A stretch of DNA of 64,000 nucleotides from an uncultured Syntrophaceae bacterium (lineage in GTDB: Bacteria; Desulfobacterota; Syntrophia; Syntrophales; UBA2192), in the NCBI GenBank assembly GCA_964547985.1, contig CAZJPV010000003.1:21003-85002 (forward strand), read 5' to 3'. Position 1 is the stretch's first letter, and every line of letters starts with the position of its first letter. Shown here piece by piece: positions 12,398 through 20,518 of the stretch. A program made the translations under genes and the position numbers. The notes under the pieces were generated by a model. The model did not search any database. It was given only the letters and a program-made list of their open reading frames with translations, and was not told the DNA's origin.

Positions 12398-13832
12398 CAT
12401 CAGACTGAAACGGATGGATGAGTACCGCTGGGAGATCCCGCCCTTTGGGGGTATGAGGGTCCCCGGGATCATCTATTCCAGCGAAAAGCTCATGAAGGGC
12501 CTCGAGAAGGACGAAAGCCCCAAACAGGTGGCGAACGTCGCCCACCTGCCCGGCATCGTCCGGTACTCCCTTGCCATGCCCGATATCCACTGGGGTTACG
12601 GCTTTCCCATCGGGGGCGTGGCTGCCTTCGACCTTCAGAATGGAATTATTTCACCGGGTGGTGTCGGCTATGACATCAACTGCGGGTGCAGGCTTGTCGC
12701 CACGAAACTGAAATACGACGATATCAAGGACAGTTTGGAGAAGCTCGTCACAGCGCTCTTCAGGGATATCCCCACCGGCGTCGGCTCCACGGGCGTGCTC
12801 AAGCTTGCACCCAAGGAGGAAAGAAGGGTTCTTGTCGAAGGCGCCCAGTGGGCCGTGAAAAACGGGTACGGCACGGCGGAGGATCTGGAAGCCACAGAGG
12901 ACGGGGGCCGGATCGAGGGGGCCGATCCCGACAGGATCAGCGCACGGGCGATGGCAAGAGGACGGGATCAGGTCGGCACTCTGGGATCGGGCAATCACTT
13001 TCTGGAAATCGAGATCGTCAGGGATATCTATGACGATAAGGTGGCCGCCGCTTTCGGTCTTGAGAAGGACCAGGTGGCCATCATGATCCACTGCGGTTCC
13101 CGGGGCCTCGGTCATCAGATCTGTGACGATTACCTGGCCCGGATGACGAAGCAGGTCAATAAACTGGGGATTAAGCTTCCGGACAGGCAGTTGGCCTGCG
13201 CCTATGTGCAGTCGGAAGAAGGACAGGATTACCTTGCCGCCATGGCCTGCGCGGCCAATTATGCCTGGGCGAACCGGCAGATGCTCATGCACTGGACGGG
13301 GGAGACCCTTCGGAGAGCCCTTCAGATAAGCCCCCGCGATCTCGGCATGAGACTCGTCTATGACGTCTGCCACAACATTGCCAAGATCGAGGAATTCAGT
13401 GTCGAAGGTGTGAAGAAGAGGCTCTGTGTCCATCGAAAAGGGGCGACGAGGGCCTTTTCGGCGAACCACCCAGCCCTGTCGGAGAAATACAGGCGCGTGG
13501 GGCAGCCGGTCCTCATTCCCGGCGACATGGGGACGGGATCCTATGTCCTGGTGGGGACGCAGAGGGCCATGGAAGAGACCTTTGGGAGCACCTGCCACGG
13601 CGCCGGGAGAGTCCTGAGCCGCGCACAGGCCATCAAAGCAGGCAAAGGGAGGGCTATCAAGAAAGAGATGGCCGAGCGAGGCGTCATCGTCATAGCGACC
13701 GGCAAAGGGACCCTGGCAGAGGAGATGCCCGAGGCCTACAAGGACATCGACGAGGTCGTCGAAGCGGTCCACGGGGCAGGTATCTCGCGTAAAGTGGCTC
13801 GCTTGAAGGCCGTCGGTTGCATAAAAGGGTAA
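12390..13832 (+). CDS. rtcB: RNA 3'-phosphate/5'-OH ligase RtcB
   Basis: 480 aa. Signature PDIHWGYGFPIGGVAA, GSGNHFLE and HCGSRGLGHQ metal/GMP-histidine motifs. Confidence 0.95.
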   Translation: MSDIRLKRMDEYRWEIPPFGGMRVPGIIYSSEKLMKGLEKDESPKQVANVAHLPGIVRYSLAMPDIHWGYGFPIGGVAAFDLQNGIISPGGVGYDINCGCRLVATKLKYDDIKDSLEKLVTALFRDIPTGVGSTGVLKLAPKEERRVLVEGAQWAVKNGYGTAEDLEATEDGGRIEGADPDRISARAMARGRDQVGTLGSGNHFLEIEIVRDIYDDKVAAAFGLEKDQVAIMIHCGSRGLGHQICDDYLARMTKQVNKLGIKLPDRQLACAYVQSEEGQDYLAAMACAANYAWANRQMLMHWTGETLRRALQISPRDLGMRLVYDVCHNIAKIEEFSVEGVKKRLCVHRKGATRAFSANHPALSEKYRRVGQPVLIPGDMGTGSYVLVGTQRAMEETFGSTCHGAGRVLSRAQAIKAGKGRAIKKEMAERGVIVIATGKGTLAEEMPEAYKDIDEVVEAVHGAGISRKVARLKAVGCIKG

Positions 13833-13868
13833 AGGGTATAGTGGTAAGGGTGAAGGGTTAAGGTCTGG
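13827..13868 (+). repeat. degenerate heptameric tandem repeat (GGGTNAA-like, 6 units) spanning the rtcB stop
   Basis: Read directly as GGGTAAA|GGGTATA|GTGGTAA|GGGTGAA|GGGTTAA|GGTCTGG. It has no C for about 35 nt. It contains four G3 runs and in-frame TAA, TAG, TAA, TGA after rtcB. Confidence 0.7.
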
Positions 13869-13947
13869 ATAAATAAACATAACGGTGTCAGGCAGCGACT
13901 TCATCTTTTCAGACCGGTCACCTGCCATTGACCATTCAACCGTCTTT

Positions 13948-13966
13948 GTTCGGCGGACCGCCGAAC
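13948..13966. terminator. palindromic hairpin between the convergent rtcB and grx-like genes (no U-tract)
   Basis: GTTCGGCGG-A-CCGCCGAAC is a perfect 9-nt inverted repeat. No T-run follows on either strand, so it is only terminator-like. Confidence 0.35.
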
Positions 13967-13978
13967 ATGTCAGACCCC

Positions 13979-14185
13979 TCAGGTACCGCCGTAACCGACC
14001 GTCACCTTGTCCCCCTCGACGATCACGGGGACCTGGCGTTTACCGCCGGAGAGCTTCAGCATCTCCTGCAGTTTCGAAGAATGCGCCTTGACGTCATAAT
14101 ATTCAGCCCTGCTGCCATAAGCCGACCTGGCCTCGTCCGTGTAGGGTCAGCCTGCCTTTCCGTAAATAATCACTTTTCCTGCCAT
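13979..14185 (-). CDS. glutaredoxin-like small thioredoxin-fold protein with in-frame TGA (candidate selenocysteine) at the active site
   Basis: Hand translation gives MAGKVIIYGKAG-[TGA 14149..14147]-PYTDEARSAYGSRAEYYDVKAHSSKLQEMLKLSGGKRQVPVIVEGDKVTVGYGGT*. A GGAGGG RBS lies 9 nt upstream of ATG 14185. The TGA sits where the CPYC first Cys lies in Grx/NrdH-like proteins. The cis-Pro (QVPVIV) and GG motifs lie downstream of the TGA. Confidence 0.6.
14104..14129 (-). other. candidate bacterial SECIS-like stem-loop downstream of TGA 14149
   Basis: The mRNA segment CAGGUCGGCUUAUGGCAGCAGGGCUG starts 17 nt after the UGA. By hand it forms about 9 pairs with two 1x1 mismatches and a UAUGGC apical loop. 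It was not computationally folded. Confidence 0.3.
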
Positions 14186-14214
14186 GGCCTCGATCCCTCC
14201 TTGGTGTTCATCTG

Positions 14215-14964
14215 TCAGGGTGTGAAAAAATCTTCCTTTAAAAATTCGTTGATCCGGTAGTCACTGAATAAAGTGATTTCCTGGGTTATCCCATTAATAT
14301 CGTACCTCTCAAAGCGAAGGGGAAGCCAGAACTTTTTTGAGATGGTGATGAGGTATTTCTCCGGTAGCCTGCCCTCGATGTAATCCATCCCCCAGAACCA
14401 AAAGGTGATCTGATCATCGTATTCTCTCCACTCGGGGTTTCCCTGTTTCACGGCGCGAAGATTCTTAAAAAGGAAATCCAAAAAGTGTTCGATGCTTGTC
14501 TGGTCAAGCCGCTGCCCGGACGGGGACTTGAAAAGGGGGTGCGTGATGGAAAAACGAAGGGTGAAGGCCGATACAGCCTGGATCGGTCTCACGGAAAAAT
14601 CGTGATCCCCTCCCCGGTAGAAGATTGTCATACCCTCAAAGGGGTGAACAAAGTCCATCCGGTAGAGGTCCTTCCTCTTGAAATAGTACTTGAGATGGTA
14701 TCGCTTCTCCTCGAAACCCCCGAAGAAGTAAATATTTTCAACATCGCAACTGTAGTTGTCGATTGTCTGGAAGAATGATCGCATCTGGCGGGCAAGCGAT
14801 AACACACGGTTCGAAGATACCTCTGCCCATAACGTAACGGGGAAAGTCGTCAGGCCGAGTAAGATAATAAGGGCCGAAAGAATAATAATCAGGTAGGGCC
14901 CCGGAAAGAGGCCGCCCACCGGATCAGGCGGGTGTTTTTTTCTCAGATTCACGTTAGGCATCAT
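14215..14964 (-). CDS. hypothetical exported or membrane-anchored protein (possible LolA-like lipoprotein-sorting fold)
   Basis: 249 aa with an N-terminal hydrophobic anchor (GPYLIIILSALIILLGL). The beta-rich composition is the only basis for the fold suggestion. It is co-directional with the upstream lipoprotein gene and the downstream grx-like ORF. Confidence 0.55.
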   Translation of the reverse strand: MMPNVNLRKKHPPDPVGGLFPGPYLIIILSALIILLGLTTFPVTLWAEVSSNRVLSLARQMRSFFQTIDNYSCDVENIYFFGGFEEKRYHLKYYFKRKDLYRMDFVHPFEGMTIFYRGGDHDFSVRPIQAVSAFTLRFSITHPLFKSPSGQRLDQTSIEHFLDFLFKNLRAVKQGNPEWREYDDQITFWFWGMDYIEGRLPEKYLITISKKFWLPLRFERYDINGITQEITLFSDYRINEFLKEDFFTP

Positions 14965-14976
14965 GGCTGGCAGGTT

Positions 14977-16473
14977 TTACTTGAAAGTGAAATTGCTGTT
15001 GAACAGATCTGGGTCGTCAAAGTGGGCCCGTCCGCTCAGTAGGATTGCATGATGGCCTCGCTGCCTCATGCTTCCGATGGACGGGATCCCCATGGGAAAG
15101 AATATATAAGGTTCGATCCGATCCGTTTCCTGCCCGATGCCGCTCATATCAAAGAGGCTCACCCGTTCATGTTCTTCCCGGGGCAGGGATTCCAGCTCGC
15201 CGTATGGGGTGAGGTCGTAGAGGGTGAAGTCGCCGGGAATAGCCGCGGCAAGAAGTCCCTCGACCTGATGCCAGCCGGTCATGACCCGCATCACGGGCCT
15301 CTCGCCCTCTTTGATGTCGGGCATCCACGTGGGAACGAAGGGGTCAACGGCGAAGGCCCTCGGGATGATATGATCGATGCGATCCCTTTTCGGGGCGAAG
15401 AGGTGGTAACATCCGCAATTGTGCATGACGTCCCACATGAAGGGCTTTCCCTCCGGATCGAGAGATATTCTGAGGGTCAGCCCGTCCAAGCGGCCGTGCT
15501 CGATCCGGGGAGCCCTGTCGCCAGCCCGTTCAGGATACCAGAATACGTAGTTGATCTGGAGGATAGGATCCTTCTTGAGGAAGGCGTGGCTGATATAATA
15601 GTAGACGCCCGGTTTTGATATATCGACGTCAGGGAGTTTTCCTTTCCAGGCGACGCTGCCTATTTCGTCATAAGATGCTGCCACATCCTGTATGATAACC
15701 GGTGCAAAGGCGACAGCAAGCATCCTCTCCCCCTCAGGTTCCGGCCTCGGAATGTTCAGCGGGTTTTTTCTGGATACGTCAAGGATGGCCCTCACTTCTT
15801 TCTCGCTTATGAAACCCCGGATAGCCGGCGCGTAGGTTTTAAGCCGCCCCCGAACGGGGAGCTTCTCCGGCGGCGTCTCAAACCAGCTTCTGATGGTCTC
15901 CCTGACGTTATGGGTGATGATATTTTCCGGGATGTATGCCAGGGGGTAGAGCCCGAACACCCTCATGGCCGTCGAGTATTCGTCGGGCACGCCCACAAGC
16001 GGGATTAGCCTTTCATGGAAATCCTTCCGTGAAAGATCAGAGGTAAAAAGCGCACGGGAGCATGTCCCCATGCGGGACAGGAGGAGTCCGCGGTCCACCT
16101 TTTCCTCCGGCATGAGTGCCCGAACGGAAGCGTCGGGCAGGTTGAGGATCTCCTTTCTTCTCGCTATTGAGTCCATTTCCCTCATCCATTCAACCCACGC
16201 CTTTCTTTGGGCATCATTTCTGAGGTCGGTTTTCAGGGCGGCAAGGAAACGGTTGGTCCTGAGGTAGGGAAAACCGGGGACGGGGATACAAGATGCGTCT
16301 GATGTGCCGGCCTTGCGGACCACCTCGTCCACACCATCGAGAAATTTTTGGCATTCCGGGGGCCTGCCGAACTCCTCTGCTATTCTGTAAGATGCAGGCA
16401 CACATCCCGAAATAGCAGAAATCACGATCATGATTGGCAAAAACAGTCTTGTCAGCTTCAGAAGGCTTTGCAT
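14977..16473 (-). CDS. conserved hypothetical lipoprotein
   Basis: I prefer the internal start MQSLLKLTRLFLPIMIVISAISGC (lipobox ISGC) at 16473 over the track start 16575. There are about 498 codons of normal composition. No family was recognised. Confidence 0.65.
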   Translation of the reverse strand: MQSLLKLTRLFLPIMIVISAISGCVPASYRIAEEFGRPPECQKFLDGVDEVVRKAGTSDASCIPVPGFPYLRTNRFLAALKTDLRNDAQRKAWVEWMREMDSIARRKEILNLPDASVRALMPEEKVDRGLLLSRMGTCSRALFTSDLSRKDFHERLIPLVGVPDEYSTAMRVFGLYPLAYIPENIITHNVRETIRSWFETPPEKLPVRGRLKTYAPAIRGFISEKEVRAILDVSRKNPLNIPRPEPEGERMLAVAFAPVIIQDVAASYDEIGSVAWKGKLPDVDISKPGVYYYISHAFLKKDPILQINYVFWYPERAGDRAPRIEHGRLDGLTLRISLDPEGKPFMWDVMHNCGCYHLFAPKRDRIDHIIPRAFAVDPFVPTWMPDIKEGERPVMRVMTGWHQVEGLLAAAIPGDFTLYDLTPYGELESLPREEHERVSLFDMSGIGQETDRIEPYIFFPMGIPSIGSMRQRGHHAILLSGRAHFDDPDLFNSNFTFK

Positions 16474-16806
16474 TCTTGCAACACATGTTGTTTTTTTATT
16501 AATGTTAACAGAAAAAAGGTGGATTTGGAATGCGCAATCCTCTCCTTCGTTTTTTGGAGATCCGGTTTCGTCCACCCCGCCCGGGCTCCGGGAATTTATA
16601 AAGACGTTAAAAAATTTCTTTCAATGAATTGAACGTTTCTTTAAAAAATGAGTCATTACGGGAAATGGTCAAAAATCGCGATGGCGTAATAATCTGTTGA
16701 AATTCGTTAGGTTATAAAAATTTTTTGATTCAGATCAGTCTGGCATGCTTTTCTCAATAACAAGATGGCAAATAGGAAATAAAAAACTCTCAGGAGGATT
16801 AAGGAT

Positions 16807-17082
16807 ATGAAGAAGACACTTTCAATGGTAGGTTTGGTGGCATTCATGGTTCTTGTAACGGGAACCTTCTGCTTTGCTGAATACGCCGCAGCGGGCGTGG
16901 ATAACTTCCCCTACTTCCATCTCGGTGCTCTCATCATCGGCGGGCTCACGATCATCTCCCTGAAGCAAAGATACGGCAAGATCTATCTGAGCGAGGCAAT
17001 CGGCTCTTTCGCGATGTACACCCTGCTCGTGGCCCTCTTCACCGCCCCGGTCGTGGATGCCGTCAGAAACCTCATCGGCTAA
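16807..17082 (+). CDS. small membrane protein, unknown function
   Basis: 91 aa with a GGAGGA RBS upstream, three hydrophobic segments, and a strong terminator after it. Confidence 0.6.
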   Translation: MKKTLSMVGLVAFMVLVTGTFCFAEYAAAGVDNFPYFHLGALIIGGLTIISLKQRYGKIYLSEAIGSFAMYTLLVALFTAPVVDAVRNLIG

Positions 17083-17101
17083 CCAGGATCAGATAAACAA
17101 G

Positions 17102-17135
17102 AAAAACCCCCTGTCCACTGTGGCGGGGGGTTTTT
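17102..17135. terminator. bidirectional rho-independent terminator
   Basis: AAAAACCCCC-tgtccactgtggc-GGGGGGTTTTT. A GC stem is flanked by an A-run and a T-run. It sits between the convergent 16807..17082 (+) gene and the minus-strand EamA operon. Confidence 0.8.
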
Positions 17136-17264
17136 ATATGCTTAATCCTCTAGATGACTATCCTTTAATTTTAACCTCTCTGATTCTCCTAAAATCCCAC
17201 TTCAAACAGAGATCTCTGAACCGGCGATAATGTGTGGGGGATGGTTTTCCCCGGGCGTGAGAGA

Positions 17265-17393
17265 TTAGCGTTCCTTACAGGAATCGTCAGTCTTTTTGGC
17301 CAGTCACGTTCCGTCGCCGAACCTTGGCAGGATATAGCGGTTAAGGATGAACCACAGGGCGATGAAAACGGCGAAAACCCCCCACTCGTTCAT
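17265..17393 (-). CDS. translationally coupled mini-ORF encoding a single-TM peptide. It is 29 aa if TGA 17306..17304 is a stop and 42 aa if that TGA is recoded
   Basis: ATG 17393 overlaps the upstream stop (gtATGAac). Translation gives MNEWGVFAVFIALWFILNRYILPRFGDGT-[TGA]-LAKKTDDSCKER*. A hairpin CGAUUCC-UGUA-GGAACG lies 17 nt after the TGA. Confidence 0.3.
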
Positions 17394-18097
17394 ACGGTAT
17401 AACCCATTCTGTTGAGATAGGCCCTGGTCCGGGGGCAAACGGGAATACAGATTCCGCATATCGTCGCAGCGATCCCCGCCTTCGCGGATAGTTCGGTTGC
17501 CATGTTACAGCAGGCGTGGGCCTTGAAAAAAGAATCGCGGTCCTTCCCGGCAGACCAGATATCGCCCGACGGCGCCCTCCCCGGGCACGAATCAACACAG
17601 GTAAAACATTGCTCACACCTCGAGACGGTCACCGGCCGGGCTGTCTCGAATGCCGCGTCCGTGAGGACTGACGTAAGCCTCAGTGCCGAACCGAAGGTCT
17701 CGGTAATGAGAAGGGCATTTTTCCCGATCCAGCCGAGCCCCGCCTTCGTGGCCACCGTCTTGTGCGGAAGGGCCGTCCGGAGGGTTTCCCGGTCAAAGTT
17801 CTCTGTCGTCGTCTGCAGTGCGAGACCGCTGAAGCCCTCTTTGTTGAGAATGTCGAGGGCATGTTGCCCGAGCTGGTCCAGGAGGGCGTTTACGCGTGCG
17901 TATTCCTTAAAGTATTCCTTTGTGGGGCCCCAGGTGATTTTCGATATGATCGCCGGGTTCATTGCCACGGCTATCGATATGCCGACGGGGAAGGACCGCC
18001 GTGCCTCCGCGGGAAGGTCCCGCAGGTCCGCAAAACCCACAAGGGATGCACCCCCGTCCTTGAGATGTTGTTTGATCTTTCTCTGAAGAGCCTTCAT
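17390..18097 (-). CDS. 4Fe-4S dicluster protein, epoxyqueuosine reductase (QueG)/reductive-dehalogenase-related family
   Basis: 235 aa. Cys motifs CEQCFTCVDSCP and CGICIPVCP. The N-terminal LVGFADL... region resembles QueG-like proteins. Confidence 0.7.
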   Translation of the reverse strand: MKALQRKIKQHLKDGGASLVGFADLRDLPAEARRSFPVGISIAVAMNPAIISKITWGPTKEYFKEYARVNALLDQLGQHALDILNKEGFSGLALQTTTENFDRETLRTALPHKTVATKAGLGWIGKNALLITETFGSALRLTSVLTDAAFETARPVTVSRCEQCFTCVDSCPGRAPSGDIWSAGKDRDSFFKAHACCNMATELSAKAGIAATICGICIPVCPRTRAYLNRMGYTV

Positions 18098-18987
18098 GAT
18101 TTCACCTGGGGGCTGCCCGCAAACTGCTGGATGACTACCCCGCTTATGATTAAGATAAGCCCGACCACCGTGGATAGCAAGATCTCCTCCCCCACGATGA
18201 AATGGATGAAAAAAAGCGACAGAAAGGGCGCGGCATAGACGAGGTTACTCACCTGGGCCGTCGTTCTCGAAAGCTTCAGGGCCTTTAACCACAGGACGAA
18301 GGTAATCCCCATCTCGAAAAGACCCACATAGGCAACACCCAGAAGACCGGGGAGGGGCGGCCAGTAAAACTGCCCGAAGGCGGCGACGATGGCAAGCGTA
18401 TAAAGGAAGCCGAAAGAGAAGTTCAAAAAGAGCTTAAGCACCTCGTCCCTCTTATCCTTGATATTGTAAATCCAGAAAAGGGCCCAGATGATTGAGCTCG
18501 AAAGTGCCAGGAGCGCGCCCGTCAGGTTTGTGAACTGAAAGGAAAAGACGTCGCCGCGAGTCGATATGACAAAGACGCCGGAAAAGCTGATCAGGATGGC
18601 AATGACGCTCATGAGGCCGCTGGGCTGTTTCAGAATCACGATGGAGAGAAGCACGAGCATGATCGGCCAGGTCCAGTTGAGGGGCTGTGCCTCCTGGGCC
18701 GGCAGGAGCGAATAGGCCTTGAAGAGGATGATGTAATAAAAAAAGGGGTTCAAAAAACCGAGAAGGGCGGAGTAGAGATATTCGCGATTTGAGAAGTTTG
18801 CAAGTTCGCGGAGCTTGCCCTGGTACAGGAGGATCAGAAACAGGGCTGCCATGGAGACGAATGACGCGTAGAAGAGAAGCTGGATGAAATTGAGATGGCG
18901 GAGGGTGATCTTGAAGGCCGAGGCGACGGTGGACCACAGCAGAACGGTCAATATCGCGTAGAAGTAAGCTTTTTTCTGCCTGTCCAT
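18094..18987 (-). CDS. DMT superfamily (EamA/RhaT-like) transporter
   Basis: 297 aa with about 10 hydrophobic helices and a duplicated EamA-type architecture (ILTVLLWSTVASAFK...). There is a 4-nt overlap with the downstream gene. Confidence 0.88.
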   Translation of the reverse strand: MDRQKKAYFYAILTVLLWSTVASAFKITLRHLNFIQLLFYASFVSMAALFLILLYQGKLRELANFSNREYLYSALLGFLNPFFYYIILFKAYSLLPAQEAQPLNWTWPIMLVLLSIVILKQPSGLMSVIAILISFSGVFVISTRGDVFSFQFTNLTGALLALSSSIIWALFWIYNIKDKRDEVLKLFLNFSFGFLYTLAIVAAFGQFYWPPLPGLLGVAYVGLFEMGITFVLWLKALKLSRTTAQVSNLVYAAPFLSLFFIHFIVGEEILLSTVVGLILIISGVVIQQFAGSPQVKS

Positions 18988-19162
18988 GGAGATCCTTCGG
19001 CTGCGGAGCCCTGGGGTGAAATCTATAACTTATGCGGGTGAACGTGACAAGGGCTAATTGAAAGTGGTCCCCCGGCCGGATGCATTTTCGTTGATCTCAA
19101 AGCCCCGGAAATGCATAATGGACGGGCATTTTTGATGTGAAAAGGAGAGAAAGGGAAATTTC

Positions 19163-19831
19163 ATGAAGCTGACAGACGACGTTTACGCTTACGAGTGGAA
19201 GAATTTCTTCGAAAATAACTGCAACAGCTTTTACATCGGCGGGAGCGTGCAGGCCCTCATCGACCCGGGACTGAAGGCGCACCTTTCGGGGCTCCTGGGA
19301 CAGATGGACAAGGACGGTATCAAGCGGGAGGACATCCGCTACATCATCAACACTCATTCCCATCCCGATCACTACGAGGCCTCCGAAATCTTCAGCGGAT
19401 CCGAAGTGAAGATCGCCCTCTCAGCGGCGGAATTGGATTTCATGACGAAGGGACGGGGCGCCTACCTCTATGAGCTATTCGGACTGGAAGCGCCGAAGGT
19501 CCAGGTGAACCTTGTCCTCAATGACGGAGAAATCAAACTGGGAGAGGAAACCTTCCGGGTTGTCCACACCCCCGGCCATTCGCCGGGGTCGGTCAGTCTA
19601 TACTGGCAGGCCAAGAAAGTCCTCTTCTCGGGGGATGTGATCTTCAGCCAGAACGTGGGAAGAACAGACTTCCCTGGGGGTGACAGCAGCCTGCTCAAGG
19701 AAAGCATCCGGTCCCTCTCAACGCTCGGGGCCGAGTACCTTCTGGCGGGTCACCTGGGGATCGTGAGGGGAGGGCGGAACGTGGCCCGGAACTTCGAATT
19801 CGTGATCGAAAGAATCTTCTCCTACCTGTAG
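19163..19831 (+). CDS. MBL-fold metallo-hydrolase
   Basis: 222 aa with the HxHxDH motif (NTHSHPDH) and a later HTPGHSPGS. Confidence 0.9.
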   Translation: MKLTDDVYAYEWKNFFENNCNSFYIGGSVQALIDPGLKAHLSGLLGQMDKDGIKREDIRYIINTHSHPDHYEASEIFSGSEVKIALSAAELDFMTKGRGAYLYELFGLEAPKVQVNLVLNDGEIKLGEETFRVVHTPGHSPGSVSLYWQAKKVLFSGDVIFSQNVGRTDFPGGDSSLLKESIRSLSTLGAEYLLAGHLGIVRGGRNVARNFEFVIERIFSYL

Positions 19832-19867
19832 TCTCTTCCGGTTCGTCCGGGACTCAGACGAAGCGAG

Positions 19868-20431
19868 ATGACCGACCATTTCCGTTACGTAGCCAGGGTC
19901 TACGACCGCGTCATAAGGCCGCCTGACCCCGAAAGGTTGATGAGGATCCTGAAACTACCCGTCGCCGGTCCGATCCTGGATTTGGGGGGTGGAACGGGAA
20001 GGGTCTCCTCGCAGCTCAGATCCCTCGTCGGTAAGGCGGTCGTAACCGATTTTTCCATACTCATGTTGAGGCAGACCACGGGGAAGGGAGATTTATGGCC
20101 TGTCCGTGCCATGGGGGAAGCTCTCCCTTTTCCCGACGGGGTTTTTGATCGGGTGCTCATTGTGGATGCCCTCCATCACTTTCGAAACCAGAGGGATGCC
20201 ATCGGGGAGAGCCTGAGGGTCCTGAGGCCGGGGGGCAGACTGGCCATCGAGGAGCCGGACATAAGACGCTTCGTCGTCCGTGCCGTTGCCTTCCTGGAGA
20301 ACCTGTTCCTCATGGGGAGCCATTTTCACGAGCCACGGCAGATCATGGATATGATTGATGGTCAGGGGCTTACTGCGCGCATCGAGGGTTATTATTTTTT
20401 CCGGGTCTGGATTGTGGCGGACAAACCATGA
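19868..20431 (+). CDS. class I SAM-dependent methyltransferase
   Basis: 187 aa with motif I ILDLGGGTGR and post-I/II motifs (VDALHHF, LRPGGRL). Confidence 0.85.
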   Translation: MTDHFRYVARVYDRVIRPPDPERLMRILKLPVAGPILDLGGGTGRVSSQLRSLVGKAVVTDFSILMLRQTTGKGDLWPVRAMGEALPFPDGVFDRVLIVDALHHFRNQRDAIGESLRVLRPGGRLAIEEPDIRRFVVRAVAFLENLFLMGSHFHEPRQIMDMIDGQGLTARIEGYYFFRVWIVADKP

Positions 20432-20518
20432 CCGGGGACAAATCCTTTTTTACCCCCTTTCATTGCATCTGTCCGGATGATCGGCCGGGGTGCTTAAAGA
20501 AGGGTCGTGTATTGGATC

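Noticed and set aside
14444-14452. parS-like sequences: TGTTTCACG half-site here, TCACGTGCAACA at about 46750, TTCACGTGA at about 516.
   Set aside because: Only half-sites or 12/16 matches were found, all inside coding regions. None matches the full palindromic consensus TGTTNCACGTGAAACA.
16741-16756. Sigma54-type promoters: TGGCATGCTTTTCTCA here and TTGGCATTTATTCACC at 43618-43633.
   Set aside because: A -24 GG element is present, but the -12 TTGC element is missing at the correct spacing.
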